Positions 13,696 to 26,025 of a DNA stretch of 64,000 nucleotides are shown piece after piece. Source of the stretch: Macrostomum lignano (taxonomy: Eukaryota); contig NIVC01003334.1 of assembly GCA_002269645.1 (NCBI GenBank), positions 39,669 to 103,668 of the forward strand. The letters run 5' to 3'. The notes under the pieces are model-generated. The model was not told where the DNA came from. It made no database searches and saw only the letters and a program-made list of their open reading frames with translations. The position numbers were made by a program, and so were the translations under genes. Position 1 is the stretch's first letter. Every line of letters begins with the position of its first letter.

Positions 13696-14241
13696 AAGTG
13701 GCGTAGCCAGGGGGGGGGGCCGGGCTCCCCCCCCCCAATCTCCTGGGGGGGTGGGGTTGGGCGCGGCGGGTACCAAAAACCATGAGGCAATTGAGTGCCT
13801 GCGGCGCTAAAATGAGTGCCTGCGGCGCTAAAATGAGTGCCTGCGGCGCCAAAATGAGAGCCTGCGGCGCAAAACTGAGTGCCTGCGGCGCTTAAAAGAG
13901 TGCCTGCGGCGCTAAACTGAGTGCCTGTGGCGCTAAAATAAGTGCCTCCGGCGCCAAAAAGAGTGCCTCCGGCGCCAAAAAGAGTGCCTGCGGCGCCAAA
14001 ATGAGTGCCTGCGGCGCTAAAATGAGTGCCTGCGGCGCTAACATGAGTGCCTGCGGCGCTAAAATGAGTGCCTGCGGCACTAAAATGAGTGCCTGCGGCG
14101 CCAAAATGAGTGCCTGCGGCGCCAAAAAGAGTGCCTGCGGCGCCAAAATGAGTGCCTGCGGCGCCAAAATTGGCAATGATATAAGGCATGGCCAGCCAAG
14201 CCAACCCCCCCCCCCAATTGAAATTCCTGCCTACGCCACTG
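13696..14241. mobile_element. hAT-like MITE with internal 21-bp minisatellite (AAAATGAGTGCCTGCGGCGCT)
   Basis: Termini (A)AGTGGCGTAG..CTACGCCACTG, a perfect 8-bp TSD TGTATATT (13688-13695 / 14242-14249), and about 18 internal 21-mers. Confidence 0.85.
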
Positions 14242-14262
14242 TGTATATTTCGTGTCACTTTA

Positions 14263-17200
14263 TCAGTAGGTGAAAATTGACGTCAAAGTGGCACTATGAG
14301 GCCGTGCAGCATCAAGGGTTTCTGTACGCGTCCCAAAACTTCTTTCCGCAACGATTTCCTTCTTCTCGGCTGCAGGTCGAACCTGAATCACGGAGCCTGA
14401 CTGTCCTCGATCGCTAGCTGTTGCCAGGGAGGAGGCCTTCTGACTGACTGTGTCACGGTCAGCTGCATCGACTTTGCGCTTTGAAACAACAAGGAATACC
14501 ATTGAGCCGAGCAGCTCAATAACCTCCATGACAGTAAGGACCGATGCTCCCATCCATAGACCTGAAAATTACAAAAACTGGAGCTTAAATCGTGCGTCAG
14601 CTTTTGCTACAGAAGTTCAGATTGGTAAACGATCAACCCTGTCGAGATTTGACGGCTACATATGTTTTGCTTGCGGAAAATTTTCTACCATGTGTATCTT
14701 CTACCAGCTAGCTACAAAAGAGATGGCAGCAGGAAAGATTTCATGAGCAACTGGTAACTTAGCAGTTACGAGCTAGCAACAGAGGTCCCTGTGACTGTTT
14801 TGCTGCTGCTAAAAGGTGGCTACAACGAGCTGGCCCAAACGGGGTCTTTCTTACTAAAATCGCTCTATTTATAGATGAAGATTTTAAGAGAAATGTGCCT
14901 TGTCGCAACAAATGCACATTTAGTGGATCCCTGTGGTGTAGAGTCTCAGAGACTTAAAGGAACCTTACCGAGCGTCCCGCCTCCTTCCGACAGGAAGCTC
15001 TCTGTGGGATATTGCCAGTCCTCTTCAAACACGACCATGGTTGACGAGGCAAAGAAGACGCTCAACTGTACAACATGCTTCTCGGGGCTAATTCCGGGCA
15101 GAAGGGAGCCGGTACTCGTGTTCAACAGCGCCGGCAGGTACAACGGCTTGGCTGAAGTTGCCTGCCATCGACTTGCTAGAAGGCGTTCGATATCTCTCGA
15201 CCAAGTAGAGCCAGTAGGTAGCAGACCTAGCGAAGCGTGAGTCACGATGCTGTCCTCCCGGCAGGCCTTCTGACAGCTGTTGACGTGCTCGCCGTACACG
15301 CTTAGATCTTCGTAGCTTCGCAGGATGGCATTTTGACAGTTGCGATGGATAAAAACTTCGCTCAGATTGCCGATGGTGATATTGTTGGAGCTTCCGGTGC
15401 GGTTCCAGTCCAGCCGCATGCAGCGCGGAGCGGACATCAGGTTCGGCGGCACTGGCAGCAGGTCGGAGACGCAGCCGCAGAGCTTGTAGACGCTCTGACT
15501 TAACGACATGTCGACGCAGTTCACGATATCAAAGTCGAACTCGGTCGGGGAGGCGATTTGATTAACGACCTATCGGGTTGGTTGTGCGAGATAGGTATAA
15601 GTAGCTTGTGCCTGCTTAAGACATGGGGATCGGTTTCAGGTTGAATTTTGATATAAAGCCAGTACAACCGCAGTATTAGGAAGTCTATTCAGAAGCGATA
15701 TTACCAGTGTCTCATATAATATTTTGGCCCGAAATACTTCGTAATACTCGTACTTCCGACCTACACTTAATGTAACTGTGCATCCAAGCCTTTTTAAAAA
15801 AAACAGTACTGAGCGTCCAAAAAATGGCACATGAGCGTCCTTTCAAAGATGGTCTTTGAGGTAGGCCAAGTCTTATTTAAAGACGGCTCATTTATTTCCA
15901 GTACCCTCGTAAAAACGGAATTAGAAGTCGAAGCAATTATGAGAAGCCATCAGCCTGCGCTGCATAAACAATCAGTTAGGCCTTGGTGCCTGCCTGCCTG
16001 AGGGTTTTTTGGTCTAAAAAAGCTTTGCAAACGTGAGCAGCAGGTAAACGAGGCTGTAGGAAGGAGAAGGCAGCGTGCACTGTTTGGAGTCGTTGGCAAC
16101 AATCGATCTGCTCAGTAAAATGAAAGCTGGTTACTTTACACACTATAGGGAAGAAAAGATCTCCAGTTAGTTCGTATTAGTTGCTTATGTAGCAATGTTA
16201 AATGAAATGGCTGCAGCCAAAACAGGCGCCAATATGTGGTGCCTTGGTGGGCGCACCTACTTGTCTCTTGGTGGGTGCCCCTGTTTCTTGATAGGCACCC
16301 CCTGTCTTTTGGTAGGCACCCTTGTCTCTTGGTGGGCGCCCCTGTCTCTTCGTAGGCACCCCTCCCTGTATGTTGGAGGGCGCCCCTGACTCTTGTTGGG
16401 CGCCCCTGTCTTTTGGTAGGCACCCCTGTCTTTTGGTAGGCACCCCTGTCTTTTGGTAGGCACCCCTGTCTTTTGGTAGGCACCCCTGTCATTTGGTAGG
16501 CACCCCTGTCCTTTGGTAGGCACCCCTGTCTTTTGGTAGGCACCCCTGTCTCTTGGTAGGCACCCCTGTCTTTTGGTAGGCACCCCTGTCTCTTGGTAGG
16601 CACCCCTGTCTCTTGGTAGGCACCCCTGTCTTTTGGTAGGCACCCCTGTCTCTTGGTAGGCACCCCTGTCTTTTGGTAGGCACCCCTGTCTTTTGGTAGG
16701 CACCCCTGTCTTTTGGTAGGCACCCCTGTCTTTTGGTAGGCACCCCTGTCTTTTGGTAGGCACCCCTGTCTTTTGGTAGGCACCCCTGTCTTTTGGTAGG
16801 CACCCCTGTCTTTTGGTAGGCACCCCTGTCTTTTGGTAGGCACCCCTGTCTCTTGGTAGGCACCCCTGTCTCTTGGTAGGCACCCCTGTCTCTTGGTAGG
16901 CACCCCTGTCTCTTGTCGGGCGCCCCCTGTCTCTTGGTGGGCGCATAAACCCGAAATATCACAACTCCAAAAGTGCTAACAACACCCAACGCTATTTTGG
17001 TTTCCGAAGTTATGGTATTTCCAGTTTGTAATAATTCGGTATTATGATGGGGAAGTGCTTTCTGAGTTGTGATAAAACGGCATTATGCATCGCGTGTCTT
17101 AAAAAACGAAAAGAGAAGCTGAGGTCTTTAGCAGTGACTCTTGTTGGGATTTAAAATGGGATTTAAGATTACAGAATAAAAATGCTGTAAAGAGTCAAGG

Positions 17201-20200
17201 CTAGCATTGCTCGCATTGAAAGAACATGTAACCTTGGGATCGAATCTTCATGCCACAGCAATATGTAAAACGTCTATACATGTACCTTATTAAAAACATA
17301 CCAGATGCCGATTGCTACACGGATCTTTTGGACTAGTCAGGCGGTTGGTACGCTGGAGCAGCAGCGATATATCCGTTCGAAATCCAACTGCTGCAGCCAC
17401 GGGAGCGGCACGGAAAAAGTTAATGAACTTGTCGTAGGCGCTGACTAGAATGACGTAACCGCGACTGTAACGCAGCGTCTGAGTTAGGTAAGCTTCCTGG
17501 CTGCCTTCATAGGCGAGTGTCATTGTCAGTCCGCTATCGTAGCCACCGTAAATCATTCGCGATGTCGGTTTGAATAAGTAGCAAAATCCATACCTAAAGA
17601 ATCAGTGACAGTTTTTTGAAAATTTTCATTTATTAAAGATATATGGACATCAAGCTAACTTGAAATACGATGCTAAACTCAGGCGCGTTGCCACCGGGGG
17701 GACAGGGGGGACATGTCCCCCACCAGTAAAAGCTATGGGGGTATGTTAATGCTTTGTCCCCCACCCCACCTTGTGACCCGTTGTGGTAATCAATAAGTTT
17801 TTTCCGGGCGCCAAAATGAGTACTTGCGGCGCTAAAAGAGTGCCTATGGTTCTAAAAAGAGTGCCTGCGGCGCTAAAATGAGTGCATGTGGCGCTAAAAT
17901 AAGTGGCTGCGGCGCTAAAATGAGTTCCTGCGGATCTAAGAGGAGTGCCTATGGGGCCAAAATAAGTACCTGTGGCGCTAAAATGCCTGTGGCGCTAAAA
18001 TGCCCGTGGCGCTAAAATGCCTGTGGCGCTAAAATGCCCGTGGCGCTAAAATGCCTGTGGCGCTAAAATGCCCGTGGCGCTAAAATGAGTGCCTGTGGTG
18101 CTAAAATGAGTGCCTGCGTCGCCAAAATGAGTGCCTGTGGCGCTAAAATGAGTGCCCGTGGCGCTAAAATGAGTGCCTGTGGTGCTAAAATGAGTGCCTG
18201 TGGTGCTAAAATGAGTGCCTATGGTGCTAAAATGAGTGCCTATGGCGCTAACATGAGTGCCTGCGGCGCTAAAATGAGTGCGTATGGTGCTAAAATGAGT
18301 TCCTGCGGATCTAAGAGGAGTGCCTATGGCGCCAAAATGAGTGCCTGTGGTGCTAGAATGAGTGCCTGCAGCGCCAAAATGAGTGCCTGTGGCGCTAAAA
18401 TGAGTGCCTGCGACGCTAAAATGAGTGCTTGCGACGCTAAAATGAGTGCATGCGGCGCTAAAATGAGTGCCTATGGTGCTAAAATGAGTGCCTATGGCGC
18501 TAACATGAGTGCCTGCGGCGCTAAAATGAGTGCGTATGGTGCTAAAATGAGTGCCTATGGTGCTAAAATGAGTGCCTATGGTGCTAAAATGAGTGCCTGC
18601 GGCGCCAAAATGAGTGTTTTCTGAGCTAAAATGAGTGCCTGCGGCGCTAAAATGAGTTCCTGCGGATCTAAGAGGAGTGCCTATGGCACCAAAATGAGTG
18701 CCTGCGGCGCTAAAATGAGTGCCTGTGGCGCTAAAATGAGTACTTGCGGCGCTAAAAGAGTGCCTATGGTTCTAAAAAGAGTGCCTGCGGCGCTAAAATG
18801 AGTGCATGTGGCGCTAAAATAAGTGGCTGCGGCGCTAAAATGAGTTCCTGCGGATCTAAGAGGAGTGCCTATGGGGCCAAAATAAGTACCTGTGGCGCTA
18901 AAATGCCTGTGGCGCTAAAATGCCCGTGGCGCTAAAATGCCTGTGGCGCTAAAATGCCCGTGGCGCTAAAATGCCTGTGGCGCTAAAATGCCCGTGGCGC
19001 TAAAATGAGTGCCTGTGGTGCTAAAATGAGTGCCTGCGGCGCCAAAATGAGTGCCTGTGGCGCTAAAATGAGTGCCCGTGGCGCTAAAATGAGTGCCTGT
19101 GGTGCTAAAATGAGTGCCTGTGGTGCTAAAATGAGTGCCTGTGGTGCTAAAATGAGTGCCTATGGTGCTAAAATGAGTGCCTATGGCGCTAACATGAGTG
19201 CCTGCGGCGCTAAAATGAGTGCGTATGGTGCTAAAATGAGTTCCTGCGGATCTAAGAGGAGTGCCTATGGCGCCAAAATGAGTGCCTGTGGTGCTAGAAT
19301 GAGTGCCTGCAGCGCCAAAATGAGTGCCTGTGGCGCTAAAATGAGTGCCTGCGACGCTAAAATGAGTGCTTGCGACGCTAAAATGAGTGCATGCGGCGCT
19401 AAAATGAGTGCCTATGGTGCTAAAATGAGTGCCTATGGTGCTAAAATGAGTGCCTATGGCGCTAACATGAGTGCCTGCGGCGCTAAAATGAGTGCGTATG
19501 GTGCTAAAATGAGTGCCTATGGTGCTAAAATGAGTGCCTATGGTGCTAAAATGAGTGCCTGCGGCGCCAAAATGAGTGTTTTCTGAGCTAAAATGAGTGC
19601 CTGCGGCGCTAAAATGAGTTCCTGCGGATCTAAGAGGAGTGCCTATGGCACCAAAATGAGTGCCTGCGGCGCTAAAATGAGTGCCTGTGGCGCTAAAATG
19701 AGTACCTGTGGCGCTAAAATGAGTGCCTGTGGTGCTAAAATGAGTACCTGCCGCGCTAAAATGAGCGCTGACAACACCAATTCTCAAAATAATGGACATG
19801 TAGGAATTTAGTCATGTACATGTACATGTTGAATTCTTGGCATTGTCCCCCCCACCACCATAAAACCCATGGCGGCGCCCCTGGCTGAACTGCTTCGACT
19901 TTGACACAAATATCAGCTCAAAATCTTAAAAGCAGCTACCGACGTTGATGACAGATATGTACTTTTAAGTGTACTTCGACGTTCAGCCGACGTCGGACTG
20001 CATTAGTGTTAAACAATGTACAGGCTAAAAATCAACGTACCTATCAGACAGGATTTTGGTAAAGTTAACCGCGCTGCAGTTACCGTGATTGAAGCTGCAC
20101 GAAAGCAGAAATGACTCCAATGGTGCTGTGACATTGTCCAGCTCGGGCAGCTTGCCTTCTGCGTAAGTGTCTAACAGCATCTTGTCCACATCTGCCTCGC

Positions 20201-20585
20201 GTTCCGCCTCTTGGCCTGGTGCATAAAACACGGCAGAATCGTTGAATAGTCGATCGTGCAGTTTCCGAACAATTTCCGCAGCACCCGACTGTGACAGGAG
20301 GTAGTCGGACCAGTAATGTGTGGGGCACAGCACCACCTTGGGATAGGGCATCGGCTGCAGGCGTTGATGCGTCAGAACGCGCTTGTCGTAGGCAAAAAAC
20401 TGCGAAGCCAACAGGTAGATATGGAATCCGAGACCAGCTAGGGCGCCTAAAAGGCAAAACAGCCACAAAAAGGAAGCACCGCTAGGCTGCAGCAGCTTCT
20501 TATAGCCGTGTCCGCTGGTGTTGGCAGCGAACTCCGCTGCTCGCAGTCGAACTTTTGCAGTCTTAGAGACCGTCCCACTAGCCAT
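14263..20585 (-). CDS. DEG/ENaC (ASIC/FaNaC-superfamily) amiloride-sensitive sodium channel subunit, 4 exons, 578 aa
   Basis: Exons 20585-20041, 17593-17302, 15569-14969 and 14561-14263 (545+292+601+299 = 1737 nt, GT-AG, phases consistent). Motifs: pre-TM1 TSGHG, TM1, PYPKVVLCP, RYGFCYLF, Cys-rich ectodomain (LCGC, CQKAC), and TM2 SEGGGTLGLWMGASVLT with the GAS filter. Confidence 0.92.
16255..16945. repeat. 20-bp tandem array (TTTTGGTAGGCACCCCTGTC), about 30 copies, in DEG/ENaC intron 2
   Basis: Directly visible. The core is homogeneous and the edges are degenerate (GGGCGCCCC variants). Confidence 0.97.
17680..19883. mobile_element. hAT-like MITE inflated to 2.2 kb by a 21-bp minisatellite, in DEG/ENaC intron 1
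   Basis: Termini CAGGCGCGTTGCCA / TGGCGGCGCCCCTG, 8-bp TSD GCTAAACT / GCTGAACT (7/8), G-rich and C-rich subtermini, and an internal AAAATGAGTGCCTG(C/T)GG(C/T)GCT array from about 17810 to 19770. Confidence 0.8.
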
Positions 20586-22597
20586 TTTTATATTGCGAGG
20601 AAGCAAATAATTGCCTTGTACTGTATCTATTCTCGACAATCTGACTTGTCTCGTTTGTACGGTAAATTACCAGAGCGATTCCATTGATTCTTTATTGACT
20701 GACAGATTCAAGTTCTTAGTCTGTTAAAAGGATTTGAGACAAAGGAAGGAGGCAAAGTATTTGCCTATCCCGCCAGAGAGAAATGGAGAGGGAATGAGGA
20801 TGAGAGTTGGCTAGCCGATGATGTGACTGGTTGAGAAGCTGTGGGAGAAGAAAAAACGTAGCTCCCTATGCCCTTGTCGAGCCAATCTGGACCTGCTTGC
20901 TTCAACTCAGATCCCCGCTTCCGATAGGCTCTCCAAACACTCTCGACAGAAAAAACAACCAGCCACAGTAGCTTCCAACTATTCAATTAGTCACCATGGC
21001 CACAGTTGTAAACAATGGGAACTATTAATATAGTACTCTGAAAAATCGGGGCTTTCGTAGATCCAATGCATTTTTCCTCAGCCACTCACACTCTTCTGTA
21101 ACAGCTAATCACAATAAGAGTGCAATCAAAGTTGTACTTATTGTAATTATATACGTTTCCGAGTGTATTTAATCTGTGCCCCATAACCTTCTAGTTTCAA
21201 TCTAAATAAGGTTAACACGTGTGTATGCTAGATGTCGCTATGGATTGGCAACATCCAATGAGAATTATCAACTGGTATTTTAACATCTAAATATATTATC
21301 AATGCTTTTGTTCTAGGTCCTGCTTTCAGCTCAAACGATCGTTTGAAGTTCCTCTTTTGAGTGCTACCTTGCCACAGTTTATACAGTTGCTAGTAATTGT
21401 ACCAATAGACAAAAAACAAATACTATTAAACTATAAACTATTAAACTTTTTTCTTACAAAATTTAAGCTTTTTAGCAAAATTTATGACGTCTTTTGTTAT
21501 GTATATTATGTTCCAAGAATATTAATAAATCAAAAAAGCAACTGCAGTCTGTTCTCTTCTGTCCTTACCAAACAGATTCTGTGGATAATCTTTGTGAGTT
21601 GAAGCGATTAGCTAGACAAAATAGTAAAACAATCAATCAAAATAAAACACAGGCAAAGCGGCATGTCTTTAAAGTAAATTAATGTGGATGGATTGTGTAA
21701 ACCGATCACGACAGGTTCTGCCCTCATTTGGTGTATAAATAATGCTATAAATATGACGGAACAATGGACAGAACAGGGCTTGAACTATTTTATTTATATT
21801 CTGCTTTTTAAAGCTTTAACTTGAAAAAATCAAAAGTAGAAAAATTTTAGAATTCATAATAACACCGATCTATAGGCGAGCGGTATAGCTAGCCGAAACT
21901 GAACTCAGCTGCGGCGATGCAGTGAGAAAAATCAAAGAACACCCAGCTATTAAGCAATTAAAGCACATAGGGTATGTAAGTGTGAAAGTGACAAAATCAT
22001 ACAAATACTGAGCGACATAAAGGTGGCTATACTGTAGTCTTTTATTAAACTGTTGCAGACCCACTGCAACACTGATTGATATTTAGAAAAAATAATTCAA
22101 CAAGCAGTCAATAAAAATGCAATGGATCATTAACTGAAATTTACAAACTTCTATTTGAAGGCATTAAATTCGCATCGAAATGCGTGGGATTTTTGAAACT
22201 TAGCCCTAATAAAATTTGTTGATTTCTTGCCGCATTAAAATCTATAACCTTATATTTTGCAAATTGACCAATAAAATTTTATTTTACAAAAATCACAAGC
22301 AAAATTAGGCCTTCAAATTAATTTTTGAATGAATGAAAGTTAGACCTCCTAAAATTTTTCAAGAACGAGATTTTCGATCCTTCTAGTTGTGGAGTCCTTG
22401 GTAAAATTGTCGAGATTGAAATGGTACAGTTAGTCAATGATGTCGATGCTCGGCTTTTGCCTTTTGGGTGCGCAGCGTCTCTCCATTGACTGGCTTCTAA
22501 TAATTCACTCCTTTATTTTATCTACACGCATTGTGTACAATTTTAATGCATATAAACACAAAAACGCTAAGGATACTACTTACAGTGGAATCCACTA

Positions 22598-24195
22598 CTA
22601 CTGCTGTCGATAATTAGTCACAGCATTGCCAGCACGATCGACAGCGCCCAGCATCAACTTGGCAGCTTCATCGTTGGCAATATCCGGCGCTGACGCAATG
22701 ACCCAGCTGTCAGCCGAGACCAAACTGCGACAGATTGGGCAGGTGGCATCTGACTGGCGACCGGCGATTGGCAGGTTGCCAATTGTCTCGCGTCTAGGCG
22801 GGCCAACGTCAATCCAGTGCTGGATGCAGCTTTGACAATAGGCGTGAGCGCACTGCAGAAGCACGTCAGCCTGCCTGTCCATGCAAATGCAGCACTCTTC
22901 AATGTCTGCGGCTGGAGAAATGCAACGATATTGATAGCCAGACAGAATTAGAAAGTTCTCCAACTTGCACTTGTCATGACGACACATCAAATTGGAATTT
23001 TGGCATGATGAATTTGGACCCCGGACGCCAAATTGGCACCCGGTTGTTTCCGAGCAGGAGGAAACTTAAATGAATTTCCACTATATTTTTGTTTATACAT
23101 GTCCTCCACAACAAACAAATAAATGTGTTTAACGCCTCGCTTTAACATTAGGTACTTTCACTTTCTACACTGTAAAATAACAAAGAAAGCAATCATGTGT
23201 CACAACTCCCAGCAGCTTTTTGACTCTATGAAACGGCCAGACGCGATCCCCACAGTAATTTAGAGCTCGTCCGCCAAATTAGTCCAAGGCCGGACATGCA
23301 ATGAGGACCAACCTCCTAGGTCATGGGTTGGCAAACTTTTTTACCCCAAGGGCCAGATAGAGACCCTAGAGCACTGCGGGCGGGAGAAGGGAGCGATACG
23401 AGATAGGAGAAAAGAGAGACGAAGGAATAGAAGAGACGAGAGGAGAGGAGAGAGGAAGAGTGCTGAGAAGAGAAAAAAAAAATAATTAGGCGGGCCAAAT
23501 TGCTATTGTGAAGTTTCAAAGAGCCCGAGGGCAGGTTAGAGAGGCTAAGCGACCCCTGTCCGAGACAGTCTTCCTCACTTGCTGTGATTATGTGCTGTCT
23601 GCTGCCTTGATTTGCAGGAGTGGCAAAACCCAAAAGCAACCCTTGCGAATTATGAACTTATTAACTTTCCGACATGAGTCGTAAAAGGCGGAATTAAAAT
23701 TTCCATCTCACCTTTAGCACTTGGTTTCAAAGCATCAGCGTCAGCAGAAGCAGCAGCAGCAGAAGCAGAGGCAGCAAACTCAGTGGCATCATCTGGTAAC
23801 AGTCCAAGCACAACAGATGCAGTAAACTGGGATTCAGACTCAGGGCCAGTCCTGACGCCTGCACAGGCTGCACTGCCGCCAACAACAGATAACTGACTTA
23901 ACGATCGCAGGTCTTTACGAAGCGACATCAGTTGACGAAGGCTCAGCAGCCTCATCGACAAGGTTCGACCAGTAGATGCTTCAATTTTTCGACACTCAAT
24001 CTGGACGAGCGCCTTCCACAGCAGACTCAGATGATGCGGCGGCATCTGCTGGACAGTGAATTTTAACCGAGTTGGTTGCGATGCCAATTCGCGCTCACAG
24101 AGATTATTCAGCTGAGCTACCTGAGCAGCCAGGCGTTCCTGTGTCAGACTTCCCATCTCAAATAGTGTGTTGAATTCATTTTGCAGTCGATGCAT
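22598..24195 (-). CDS. RNF141: RING finger protein 141-like E3 ligase (a 5' exon may be missing)
   Basis: Exon 24195-23712 (GSLTQERLAAQVAQLN..LLWKALVQIEC..RLLSLRQL resembles the RNF141 N-domain GSLTYEEFLGRVAELN..FWKVVVRVVC). Exon 22911-22598 carries the C3HC4 RING ECCICMDRQADVLLQCAHAYCQSCIQHW..CPICR and SWVIASAP. The phase-1 GT-AG intron is consistent. Confidence 0.88.
23322..23558. mobile_element. hAT (Charlie-like) MITE, degenerate; same family as 58255-58451
   Basis: Termini CATGGGTTGGCAAAC / GCTAAGCGACCCCTG. It shares a GA-rich core and GGGCC..TG(T)AAAGTTTCAAAG..CCCGA..TAGAGAGGCT with the 58 kb copy. TSD is weak (5/8). Confidence 0.6.
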
Positions 24196-25363
24196 TACTT
24201 TTACAACAAAAACTTGGTTGCTTTAAGCAGCAGTTGCTGATGCATGCATGAAATAAAATAGAAAAGATGTTTGTAATGAATCAAAAGCAAAAGGTTTTTT
24301 ACACTTGAACATTTTTGGATTTTTTTAAAATTGAAAAAAAACTTTTGTATGTTAAGTCAATAATTAAAAGATTAAACTATTCTATTTTATTTTATTTTAT
24401 TCTATTTTACTTTTTATTTACATGAAATATACATTTTTCATTTGTATTTCCTTTTGAATCAATAACATGTAGCTAAATGATAAATTTGTACTAAATTAAA
24501 AGCAATACTTAGTACTTTTGAAAGAAAAGTTTGAACATAGATTTAATAGAATGGTATAGTTAAAAAGGCTAGTCAAAATATATGCATATTCTACTCCATG
24601 AGTGAAAGTTATTTACAATAACTGCTTTTAAATGTACAATTATTGCTTTTAAGGTCTTTCCAAGAAAGCTAACAAAATGAAGGCTAAAAATTTAGTACAT
24701 ATTATTAAACATTTATATCTTGATTAGGCTATGTATGCAAAATGCCCCTTGAATGAAATGAAACAAAAACTGACAGAATTATGTTGTTTAATATATATTA
24801 GTTATAAAAACAAGAACTGTCCTATTTTATAAAAAAATATAATCTAGCTAAGACTAAGAGTTTCAGTACTTAAATTTGTTGATTTATATAAAATTTTCCT
24901 AGTATAGTAAAATTTAAGATTTAAAACTGGGTTTTTTATACTAAGACTTCAAAACAGAATGCAATATTCCAACAAGAAAATCAAATTTAGCCTGCTAACT
25001 AAAGCAAGTGGAAATCAAATAAATATAGTAATGTTAAGTGTTGAAGTATCAATGTCAACAATTTTTTTTTATTTAGTCTGCATCTTTGTAAAATTTTTAA
25101 ATTTGACATGCAATTTCAAATTTAAGGTAGGATTTTCAAAATTTGAGCAATATATTTTGCAAAACTTAATTCTCATGCAGGTCACAAAAACATAGTCATA
25201 ACTTCATTATCGGCACCAGTCAATACCAGTCATTACCAGCACCAGAACCTAACAGCTATGGATCCGACAGTGCCATAAGGAGGTATATGAAAAAGACTAC
25301 GAAAAACATAACTACTCAAGAAGTCTGAATATTTGAAGTATATTCATTTCGAATCTCATCATA

Positions 25364-25568
25364 CAGGCGCCGCGGAATGAGGGGGGGGGCAGGGGGGCAG
25401 GACCAAGTTTCCGAAACTCAAGCCCAGACCCTGTCTTGGACAGTGACCAAAAATTTGAGCAAAATTATGCTGTTGAACGGTATTTGAGGGGGGCAATGCC
25501 CCCCCCCAACTCAATGTCAGGGGGGCAGCTGCCCCCCTGCCCCCCCCCCCCCTGTTCCGCGGCGCCTG
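25364..25568. mobile_element. hAT-like MITE, 205 bp
   Basis: Perfect 14-bp TIR CAGGCGCCGCGGAA and perfect 8-bp TSD TCATCATA (25356-25363 / 25569-25576). Confidence 0.9.
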
Positions 25569-26025
25569 TCATCATATCATCTTGAATCAGTGAATCTAAA
25601 CCAGAACAAAATCGCAATATCCGCCACCTGTGAAAAAATGTTATGTTTCTGCTATATTACAATGCCACTGCCGGATCCATAGCTGTTGGAAAGGGGGTTC
25701 CGGTGACGGAAGTGTAGCCATTGCCTTGCTGGGTAGCTCGTACGGCTTACTGACGAACTCGTATGCTTAAGATTAAGGAAAAATTAAACAAGTGTTCTTA
25801 TAAAGTAACACAGTTAAAAGCCTAAGCATACAGTAACTGACAAAAAATAACTTGATGTAATTAACCTTTTAAAAAGTGTTTTAAAATTTTTTAAAGGTGT
25901 CTTGTTCAAAAGGTGTTTTAAAGTTTTATAGTAGTAATAGCAAACGTTAAATAATTTGTTTTGCTAGCTTTTCAGATATTTTAATTATTCCGGGTTGACA
26001 TTTATATTGATTGCTGTAGCTCTAT

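Noticed and set aside
18085-19811. MSACGAK-repeat and antifreeze-like AAGTHFS-repeat ORFs (also 13608-14273)
   Set aside because: Both strands are open only because the 21-bp unit lacks stops. They lie inside TSD-bounded MITEs.
20765-20986. 73-aa ORF upstream of the DEG/ENaC start
   Set aside because: Non-ATG start, no homology recognised, and not needed to complete the channel; possibly 5' UTR or promoter.
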